From assembly GCA_963738405.1 (NCBI GenBank), contig CAVTWJ010000019.1, forward strand, positions 42,699 to 106,698: a stretch of DNA of 64,000 nt, given 5' to 3'. The DNA comes from a candidate division FCPU426 bacterium (GTDB lineage: Bacteria > Oederibacteriota > Muellerivitia > Muellerivitales > Muellerivitaceae). Of the stretch, positions 57,204 to 64,000 are shown piece by piece; positions within the stretch are counted from its first letter, which is position 1; every line of letters begins with the position of its first letter. The translations under genes and the position numbers were made by a program. Below the pieces are notes generated by a model. That model saw nothing but the letters and a program-made list of their open reading frames with translations. It ran no database searches and had not been told where the DNA came from.

Positions 57204-57689
57204 TTATTTCTGCTGTGCCTTCCATTCATTGAACCGTTTGTGCATCTGTCCAATGTGATGGGGAATATGCCCCAGGGAATATTCCAGAATCCGCTCCAGG
57301 GTGATAACTCCCCGCTCGGGATGGGTGACGGTCTTTAAGAAGGCTTCGTCCGGAAGTGATTTCAACAAATCATAGTTGGCTTGAATGGCCCAAGTAAGCC
57401 CCGCCAAAGCCTGGTCCACATTTCCGTCGATGTAGCGAAGCTGCCTGGCCCAAAGGTCCTGGTCGAAAGGCATGATGGTTTTTCCCGGCTCCGAAAGACA
57501 AGCCCGGTAGCGGATATAGAAATTCATTTCGGTATCCAGCAGGTGAAAGATCACTTCCTGGATGCACCAGTGATCCGGATCCGGCTTGAAGTGCCACATG
57601 GAACGTGGAAATTCTTTCAGTGCCTGGGGTAGGGCCAGGGCGAAGCCCCCTAACTCGGCAATCTTTTCTTTTCTCTCTTCGGGAGTCAT
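57204..57689 (-). CDS. DinB/YfiT family protein
   Basis: WCIQEVIFHLLD, HPERG, HIPHHIGQ. Confidence 0.88.
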   Translation of the reverse strand: MTPEERKEKIAELGGFALALPQALKEFPRSMWHFKPDPDHWCIQEVIFHLLDTEMNFYIRYRACLSEPGKTIMPFDQDLWARQLRYIDGNVDQALAGLTWAIQANYDLLKSLPDEAFLKTVTHPERGVITLERILEYSLGHIPHHIGQMHKRFNEWKAQQK

Positions 57690-57743
57690 GAAATTTCCTT
57701 TCGATTTTCACCCTTCAATGCCATCAGATAAAACCTTAACGAA

Positions 57744-58481
57744 CTATTTATAAGCGATGACCCTTTTGACGGGCGGGAAAAAGAAGAGTTTGTATTTTGA
57801 GACCTTGATGTTCTTAAAACGGAGGGCTTTCAAATCCTCCCGGGTCTGACGGAGGTATTTAAAATCCTGGAGAGCCAGCATGCCCTTGGGTTTCAGCACC
57901 CGTTTCATTTCCGCAAGGGCCCTTTTTCGGTCCGCCCGGTTCTTCAGGCGGTGCAGGGAAAGATGCGCCGTGACCCGGTCGAAGGCGTTCGAGGCGTAGG
58001 GGAGCTTTCGCATGTCCGCCGTATCCACCTTCACCCGGTCCGAGACGCCCTCCAACCCGGCGTTCTCCCAGGTTTTTCCCGGGTTGTTGGCGTAGATATC
58101 AAACTGGGACCAGTCGTCCAGACCGGTGGCCCGGCCCCGTGGAAGTTTTTTCGCCGCCTCGATCAGGATAAATCCCCTTCCGCAGCCCACATCCAACAGT
58201 TTCTCCCCGCCCTTTAACTCAAGCCCTTTGATGAAATTTTCCACCGCCAAAATCTTGCCCTTGAAGGCGCTCCAGACCATCCATACCCATAATGCGGCTA
58301 AAAAAAAGGCGAGCAGGCCTAAGAACCCTGTCAGATGCCATTCGGCACCGAACTTCAAAGCTAAAAAACCTGAAAGTCCCGTGAGCAGGCTGGTGAAAAG
58401 GAGAAACCACTGGGGGCCGGGAGCGTCCAAACCGTATGTCAGATGGGTCGAGGCGCCTAGCCTCTTAGGAAGGGAGGGCAT
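57744..58481 (-). CDS. Membrane-anchored class I SAM methyltransferase
   Basis: YGLDAP, LDVGCGRG, DMRKLPY, RVLKPKG. Confidence 0.88.
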   Translation of the reverse strand: MPSLPKRLGASTHLTYGLDAPGPQWFLLFTSLLTGLSGFLALKFGAEWHLTGFLGLLAFFLAALWVWMVWSAFKGKILAVENFIKGLELKGGEKLLDVGCGRGFILIEAAKKLPRGRATGLDDWSQFDIYANNPGKTWENAGLEGVSDRVKVDTADMRKLPYASNAFDRVTAHLSLHRLKNRADRKRALAEMKRVLKPKGMLALQDFKYLRQTREDLKALRFKNIKVSKYKLFFFPPVKRVIAYK

Positions 58482-58499
58482 GGGGATACTTTAGCTCAG

Positions 58500-59624
58500 T
58501 TACAGGGCCCTCTCAACCTCGGCCAAAGAAGCGTTGAACCAGCTCCGGCAAAGGGGGTCCAATCCTTTCTTTTTCCCTGATAGGTGAAAGGTTTGGTGCC
58601 GGTGGGTCAGCGATTCCCCGGGCGCCAGGGCCGCCGCGGGCGAGGAGGTTTCCAACTCGTAATAGGAACCTTCTTGTTTTCCCCCCGGTTCGGCGGGGCC
58701 ATCGTTGTAGCTGTTGACCGTGTCGCCGCCATAGGGATCTTTTTGAATTTCCCACATCGAGTTTACATAAGATCCCGCCGGCTGGCGGAGGCTGTATTGG
58801 ACAATCGTGAGGACCCCGTTCACCGGGTCCCAGGAGCCCAAAAAGGGTTTAGCCCTCTTGGGGGAAACGCCGATCTTGGACCGAAATTGGCTGTCCCCTT
58901 TGAAATAGGCTTTATCCGCTCCCACGTGAAGCCGGTCTTTGGGCACAGGGCCGAAATAAGCGTCGTTCACCTTCGGGCCCAAGCTTGCCTCTGTCCCCTC
59001 GAGGAAGGGGATGATGACGGTGGTTCGGGGAGAGGATTGGAACATCCCCAAAATCCAAAGGGATAAAAGACCCGTCTCGGGACGCCAGGGTTCTTTTCCC
59101 CGGTTCGTGAGGGTGTTAGCCGACTCAAACCCCACCCAACTGATGCCCTCTTCCCCGCTTTCCACCTCTTCCGGACCCAGGAGGCGAATGGTCCTTTCGA
59201 TTTCAACCTCAAACCCAAACCCCGAGTAATTCTTGAGCAGAGTTCGCTTGGATAGCCGGATGGATTGGTTGTCATGGAAGATCACCTCAAAGGGCTCTCG
59301 GTCCAGGGCGGCAGGAACGGCGGCGTGCTTGATATCAAAGGGGACTCCGGGCGCGAAATTAAGCCCGAACTGGCCGCCTTCGGGGCCCAGCCAAAAACGG
59401 TCCTCACCGCCGTAGGCGTTGAACTTGGGATGGACCCGGCCCGACCCTATCAAATCTTGGTTGACCCAGCCGTGGCTTAAGCCCTCTGGGCCCTTAAAGG
59501 TGCTGGTTAAAACCCGGCCTTGCAGAAGGGGGGCCACAGCAACCATCCGGCCTTCGCCATCCGAAAGCAGGCGGATGTCCGTATGGGTATTTACGGCATC
59601 CATATCTTCTTGAAAGGTGGGCAA
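58500..59624 (-). CDS. DUF6786 family protein
   Basis: QGRVLTST, GGEDRFWLGPEGGQF, SYNDGP, YELETSSPA. Confidence 0.75.
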   Translation of the reverse strand: MPTFQEDMDAVNTHTDIRLLSDGEGRMVAVAPLLQGRVLTSTFKGPEGLSHGWVNQDLIGSGRVHPKFNAYGGEDRFWLGPEGGQFGLNFAPGVPFDIKHAAVPAALDREPFEVIFHDNQSIRLSKRTLLKNYSGFGFEVEIERTIRLLGPEEVESGEEGISWVGFESANTLTNRGKEPWRPETGLLSLWILGMFQSSPRTTVIIPFLEGTEASLGPKVNDAYFGPVPKDRLHVGADKAYFKGDSQFRSKIGVSPKRAKPFLGSWDPVNGVLTIVQYSLRQPAGSYVNSMWEIQKDPYGGDTVNSYNDGPAEPGGKQEGSYYELETSSPAAALAPGESLTHRHQTFHLSGKKKGLDPLCRSWFNASLAEVERAL

Positions 59625-59693
59625 GGGAAGTCCTTTAGGAATTGTTGGGAGAATGCCGGATCATTGTAGAGGGGGTTAAGAACCGCCGGAAAT

Positions 59694-59724
59694 AAAAAAG
59701 CCCTGAAGTTTTGGTTCAGGGCTT
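59694..59724 (-). terminator. Intrinsic terminator of the sigma-hspR-degP operon
   Basis: AAAAAAGCCCTGAA-loop-TTCAGGGCTT; U-tract on the minus strand. Confidence 0.75.
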
Positions 59725-59751
59725 AGGGACATGCGAACAGCTAAGTTTCGG

Positions 59752-61278
59752 TTATTCATCCCCCGTTTGGAGGAAAGAATAAAGGGTCGTGCCGTCGCGC
59801 CAGACAAAAAGCCGCACGCCGGTTTTAAGGTCGCTCTTTTTTAGGATGACCGTGAGCTGGTTCGCCGAAATGATGGGCTTGTCGCCTACCCGCAAGATGA
59901 TGTCGCCAGGCTGGAGGCCCGCTTGCGCGGCGGGCGACTGCTGATCCACCTGGGTTACCACCGGCCCCTTGGGGGCGTTGGCGGGAAGCTGGCTCTTAAG
60001 TTCCGGCGTGGGGTCCTGGTAGGTTAACCCTAAGTTGTCGTTTTCGCCCTGAGCGCCATTGGAATTATCCCCGTTGTTGTCCCCGCCCTGGTTTTCCTTG
60101 TTCAGGAAAGTTTCATCGAGCTTTTGCAGGGTCACCGGCAGGGTGCTCTGGACGCCGTTTCGCAAAATGGTCATCTGGGCGGTCTGGCCCGGTTGGTAGG
60201 TGTAAAGCTTGGCCACCAGGTCCGCCGAATCATGCACCTTGTTTCCATCCACCGAAAGCACGATGTCGCCGGGTTTTAGCCCCGCCTTTTCCGCGGCGCT
60301 TCCCGGGTTGATGTTGGAGATCAAGGCCCCCTCGGGGGAAGTAAGACCGAAGCTTTGGGCCATCTTGGGGTCGAGGGATTGCACCACGGCTCCTAAGCCG
60401 GCGCGGATGATCTTGCCGTTATTCACCAGATCCTCGGCGGCCTTGCGGGCGATGTTGACGGGGATGGCGAAACCGATGCCGACCGACCCGCCTGATTGGC
60501 TGTAAATGGCGCTGTTAATGCCCACCACCTCGCCCTGAATGTTGCAGAGGGGCCCGCCCGAGTTGCCGGGGTTAATGGAGGCGTCGGTTTGGATGTAGCT
60601 CTGGTAGCCCTGGTCTTGGCTGATTTCAACGCTTCGGCCCTTGGCCGAAATGACGCCGGTCGTCACCGTGTGGTCCAAGGCGAAGGGGTTGCCAACCGCG
60701 ATAGCCCACTCGCCCACCTGCAGGGCATCCGAATCGCCCAGAACGAGATGGGGAAATGCCTTTCCGGTAATTTTGACGATGCCGATATCCACCTTATCGT
60801 CCTTGCCGACGATGGTTCCGGGATAGGTGGTGCCGTCTTCCATGGTGACGGTGACCTTTTCGGCCTTACCGATCACATGGGCATTAGTGAGGATGTAGCC
60901 GTCGGAAGTGATGAGAAACCCGGACCCTAAACTGCGTTGTTTTTGTTTGAAGGTGCGTTCCGGTGTTCTTTGGCCGTGGGGGCCGTAAAACCAGAAGTTG
61001 AAGAAATCGTCCATGCCCCCGAAGTTGTCCAGGCCACGGATATTCTCGGTCCATTCGGAGCTGATGTTCACGACCGCCGGGCTGACCGCCGCCGAGACGT
61101 CGGTGAAGGCCTTCTGTAGGGCCAGGGCCGCGCTATTGGGGGGAAGCAATACGGGCGGCGCTTCTTTCCCTAAGTGAAGCTCGGCGGCGGCGACTAAGGT
61201 TGGAACTAGAGGCGAAAATAAAAGTGCCAATACGGAAAAGAGGCGGATCGGTTTCACCAAATATTTAAGTTTAATCAT
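59752..61278 (-). CDS. degP: HtrA/DegP (Do) periplasmic serine protease with two PDZ domains
   Basis: Signal peptide; GSGF, TNAHV, INPGNSGG; two PDZ domains. Confidence 0.95.
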   Translation of the reverse strand: MIKLKYLVKPIRLFSVLALLFSPLVPTLVAAAELHLGKEAPPVLLPPNSAALALQKAFTDVSAAVSPAVVNISSEWTENIRGLDNFGGMDDFFNFWFYGPHGQRTPERTFKQKQRSLGSGFLITSDGYILTNAHVIGKAEKVTVTMEDGTTYPGTIVGKDDKVDIGIVKITGKAFPHLVLGDSDALQVGEWAIAVGNPFALDHTVTTGVISAKGRSVEISQDQGYQSYIQTDASINPGNSGGPLCNIQGEVVGINSAIYSQSGGSVGIGFAIPVNIARKAAEDLVNNGKIIRAGLGAVVQSLDPKMAQSFGLTSPEGALISNINPGSAAEKAGLKPGDIVLSVDGNKVHDSADLVAKLYTYQPGQTAQMTILRNGVQSTLPVTLQKLDETFLNKENQGGDNNGDNSNGAQGENDNLGLTYQDPTPELKSQLPANAPKGPVVTQVDQQSPAAQAGLQPGDIILRVGDKPIISANQLTVILKKSDLKTGVRLFVWRDGTTLYSFLQTGDE

Positions 61279-61615
61279 CGGGCAATTCCTCCGGTGCGGC
61301 GTTTTGCGCGGAAGGCCCCATCGTCTGGGGGGATATCCGCTTGCATTTCAACATCTCACTGATTTCGGGATGCTGGAGCGACAACGTTATGACGATTTGC
61401 ACGCCCGAAAGGTTCACTCCGCAGGTTTTGACGAGGTAGGTAATACATTCGAGCCGTTCCACGTCGCACTGCGAATAAAGCCTTGTTTTCTTGAGGGTCC
61501 GGCAGGGGGAGATGAGCCCCATGCGCTCATACTGCCGGATCGTTTGTTCGTGGAGGTTCAACAGCTGGGCCACCACGCTGATGGTATAGATGGGATGTTC
61601 CCGGGGGACTTCCAT
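61271..61615 (-). CDS. hspR: HspR-like MerR family heat-shock repressor
   Basis: PIYTISVVAQLLNLHEQTIRQYERMGLISP.RT...RLYSQ.DVERL...GVNLSGV matches the HspR pattern. Confidence 0.85.
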   Translation of the reverse strand: MEVPREHPIYTISVVAQLLNLHEQTIRQYERMGLISPCRTLKKTRLYSQCDVERLECITYLVKTCGVNLSGVQIVITLSLQHPEISEMLKCKRISPQTMGPSAQNAAPEELPDD

Positions 61616-61628
61616 TTTCTAAACCGCC

Positions 61629-62480
61629 TTAGCTGAAATAATCCCGGAGAAGTTCCACGTCTTTAGAGCCGCGGATCTTGCGCATGGCGCGCTCCTCGAT
61701 TTGGCGAACCCTTTCCTTGGAGATGCCGAGTATCTGCCCGATCTCTTCCAGAGTCTTGGTGCCCTGATCGTCCAGCCCATAGCGCCAGGTCAAAATTTGC
61801 CCGTCGCGGCTGTCCAGTTCGCCCAAGGCTTCCTTTATCTTATCCTTCAGGTCGTCGTTCATCAGTTCATTCTCGAAAGATTCCAAACCCTTCGGGTCTT
61901 TCAAAAACTCGATGAGCGGCGTTTCGCCCTCGCCCACATGGGTGGTATCCAGGCTCAAATAACCGTGGGAAAACTTTTGAACTTCATCCAATGTTTCCCT
62001 GCTGATATCGGCCTTTTTCATCACTTCGCCATCAGTCAGGGCCGAGCCTTTTTTCTCCGTCCAGGCGGCCACCTTCTTGGATATCTTACGGATTTTTTTC
62101 GACTGGCTCTGTGGAATCCGAACCATATCAGCCTTGTCCATAATGGCAGCCAGGATGGATTGGCGGATCCACCATACAGCGTAGGAAACAAACCTCACCC
62201 CGCGTTCGGGGTCGAAGGTCTTGGCGGCCTTGATGAGCCCCAGGTTGCCCTCGTTGATCAGGTCGAGGAAGCTCAAGCCCCGGTTGCGGAAGCCCTTAGC
62301 CACCGACACCACGAAACGCAAGTTGGCTTCGATCATGTGGGTCATAGCGGCTTCATCACCCTTGCGGGCCAGCCGGGAAGTTTCTTTTTCTTCTTCGGGG
62401 GTTAAAAGGGGTACCCGGGCTATTTCCCGCAGGTAGGTTCCCAACGACTTGTCTTCGCTGACGAATGCTAACTTTTCCAT
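61629..62480 (-). CDS. Alternative sigma-70 family factor (regions 1.2-4, no region 1.1)
   Basis: YLREIARVPLLT, ANLRFVVSVAK, DLINEGNLGL, YAVWWIRQ, KERVRQIE; 283 aa. Confidence 0.93.
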   Translation of the reverse strand: MEKLAFVSEDKSLGTYLREIARVPLLTPEEEKETSRLARKGDEAAMTHMIEANLRFVVSVAKGFRNRGLSFLDLINEGNLGLIKAAKTFDPERGVRFVSYAVWWIRQSILAAIMDKADMVRIPQSQSKKIRKISKKVAAWTEKKGSALTDGEVMKKADISRETLDEVQKFSHGYLSLDTTHVGEGETPLIEFLKDPKGLESFENELMNDDLKDKIKEALGELDSRDGQILTWRYGLDDQGTKTLEEIGQILGISKERVRQIEERAMRKIRGSKDVELLRDYFS

Positions 62481-62550
62481 GACTTTCCTCCCCTAACGGC
62501 TTATAAATACTATTAACCTAGAATCAGTTAATTGAACTAATCTTAATTAG

Positions 62551-62579
62551 AATATATGAGTCACTTCGACTCATGTCAA
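62551..62579 (-). promoter_or_regulatory. Sigma70 promoter TTGACA-N17-TATATT with a HAIR-like operator ATGAGT-N7-ACTCAT in the spacer
   Basis: Plus strand aatata (62551-56) and tgtcaa (62574-79); inverted repeat at 62556-62574 compared with the HAIR consensus CTTGAGT-N7-ACTCAAG. Confidence 0.8.
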
Positions 62580-62666
62580 TCTAAAAGGATCGTGTCTGCA
62601 TAAAAATCGGAAAACGTGATTTATCGTGGGAATTATGGGTTTAATTGATGTTTTTCCTTAAATTTT

Positions 62667-63272
62667 ATGGGATTGCCTCAATTCTTTTTAAAAGATACAC
62701 TTGTATACATGAACCCCGGTGAAGTAGATGGTCCTCAGATAACTTTCAAGATCAATCCCCAAAAACAGGAAGAAGCAATTTTGTGGTTAGTTAATAATTG
62801 TGAGCACGATCTAACTAAATACTTTGTTTTAAAAATACTTTTTTACGCTGAAAAATATCATTTGAATAAGTATGGACGGCCAGTAATTGGGGATGAATTG
62901 AGTGCAATGTTTGATGGGCCTGTTCCTTCAAAAACTTATGATCTAATAAAAGACGTATTAAATGACAAAGTAAAAAAAGCTTTTGTTATCAAATCAGATC
63001 AAAGAACAATTGAACCTCTCAGATCCGCCAACAAAGATTATCTTTCTGAAAGTGACATTGAAGCCTTAAAGTACGGCTTGGATAAATGTAAAAATTTATC
63101 TTTTATCGAATTAAAAGAAATGTCCCACAAAGAACCGGATTATCTAAAAGCATGGAATGCTCGAGGGGGAAAAGGTTCAAACCCAATTGATCTAAAAGAT
63201 TCTTTAGATCCGAAAACTCAAACTCAAGATTCCAAAATCATGGTGCAATTTTCCAATCATATTAAGGTATGA
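62667..63272 (+). CDS. Panacea domain (DUF4065/SocA-like) antitoxin; alternative start ATG 62709
   Basis: KILFYAEKYHL..YGRPVIGD...GPVPS...MSH motifs; AT-rich. Confidence 0.85.
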   Translation: MGLPQFFLKDTLVYMNPGEVDGPQITFKINPQKQEEAILWLVNNCEHDLTKYFVLKILFYAEKYHLNKYGRPVIGDELSAMFDGPVPSKTYDLIKDVLNDKVKKAFVIKSDQRTIEPLRSANKDYLSESDIEALKYGLDKCKNLSFIELKEMSHKEPDYLKAWNARGGKGSNPIDLKDSLDPKTQTQDSKIMVQFSNHIKV

Positions 63273-63658
63273 CGTTATATGTTCGCGATTGTGTTGTTGG
63301 TGATGTTTATTTAATCAATTGTACAGCGGAAGAAATTGCAGACCCCAAAGCAAAGATGTGTATCTGTGTTTCTCCTAATCAATTCTTTCTAATTAACACT
63401 GCTGCTATGCTTACTGATAACCTAGTCATTCTTCAAAAAGAGCATAAATTTCTAACTTACGATAGCAATGTAAATTGTGGGATAGCTTTGATTTTTGAAA
63501 ACAAGCGAGAAGTAATAAGAAGAGATGGTTCTATTTCGACAAACTTATTAAACGATATGATTGATGTTGTGGAAGACGCAAAAGTAATGACTCCCATTGA
63601 AAAACGAAGCATACTTTCATCGTTAAGAGATTTGCAAATTAGCCGAAATAAAACTTAA
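63269..63658 (+). CDS. Putative cognate toxin (possibly PemK/MazF-like fold)
   Basis: ATGA overlap with the antitoxin gene; K.KMCICVS...FFLINT...HKFLTYDSNVNC pattern. Confidence 0.55.
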   Translation: MTLYVRDCVVGDVYLINCTAEEIADPKAKMCICVSPNQFFLINTAAMLTDNLVILQKEHKFLTYDSNVNCGIALIFENKREVIRRDGSISTNLLNDMIDVVEDAKVMTPIEKRSILSSLRDLQISRNKT

Positions 63659-63684
63659 TTTTATTTGCCAGTAATCCATAGCTA

Positions 63685-64000
63685 TCAACTTTTTGTGAGG
63701 CTATTAGGAAACTCATAAACAAATTTCAGAAGCATCTCAGCAAAAGTCATTAATTCTTCAGCATCTTTTTGTTCTTTTACGTGTATCTCATGATTTGCTT
63801 CATTCCCCTGTTTTCTTAAACGATTAGCCCATTCTTTATTTCCAGGCGGAATAAAACCTTTGCTCTCTAGAAAATCCACATACTCGACAAAAGAAAGCCC
63901 CTGATCCGCCCCTTTTTCTACAGAAATATTCATTAAAATTTTTCGACATAACATAACTACAGCAGTATAAGAATTAGTGCTGCAACAATTTCTCGCCTCC
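63685..64000 (-). CDS. DUF4145 (HEPN-like) domain protein; 5' end runs off the window
   Basis: Frame open to the window end (EARNCCSTNSYTAVVMLCRK); RKQGNEANH Rx4-6H motif. Confidence 0.8.
   Translation of the reverse strand, partial: EARNCCSTNSYTAVVMLCRKILMNISVEKGADQGLSFVEYVDFLESKGFIPPGNKEWANRLRKQGNEANHEIHVKEQKDAEELMTFAEMLLKFVYEFPNSLTKS

Noticed and set aside
61701..62405. 234-aa plus-strand ORF, representative of many long antisense ORFs (e.g. 4790..5611, 47789..48577)
   Set aside because: Antisense shadows of well-supported genes, expected at this GC content.
61629..62480. Calling the sigma factor rpoD or rpoH
   Set aside because: Too short for the primary sigma factor (no region 1.1) and no RpoH box recognised, so it is left unnamed.

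Overview
A 64 kb, gene-dense bacterial chromosomal segment of moderately high GC. An AT-rich island begins at about 62.5 kb and runs off the right end. The diderm-type gene content and Thr/Pro-linker exported proteins suggest an under-studied lineage; FCPU426-like is only a guess. In order, the window holds: a minor-pilin/PilX-like operon running off the left end, xth, fabI, a radC<-|->lexA-orf-splB-like SOS cluster, a large CBM + clan GH-A glycoside hydrolase, a DUF2231-cytochrome P460 fusion, a PAS histidine kinase, a stripped-down cheA-cheW-MCP operon, mscL, trmL, mprF, two tandem pdxH copies, tRNA-Ser(CGA) flanked by tRNA-derived palindromes, a doubly frameshifted NHL-SGNH gene, lysR<-|->leuCD, LPS-type glycosyltransferases, a sigma factor-hspR-degP operon, and a Panacea (DUF4065) toxin-antitoxin pair. 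The two strongest discoveries are regulatory. First, a near-consensus sigma70 promoter carries a HAIR-like HspR operator in its spacer and drives an alternative sigma factor + HspR + DegP operon. Second, two abutting copies of a candidate new LexA box (AGWATAC-N4-GTATWCT) lie between radC and lexA, upstream of an apparently catalytically dead HUH-transposase-fold gene and an SplB-like radical SAM gene. All family assignments come from motif recognition by eye; no database searches were run.
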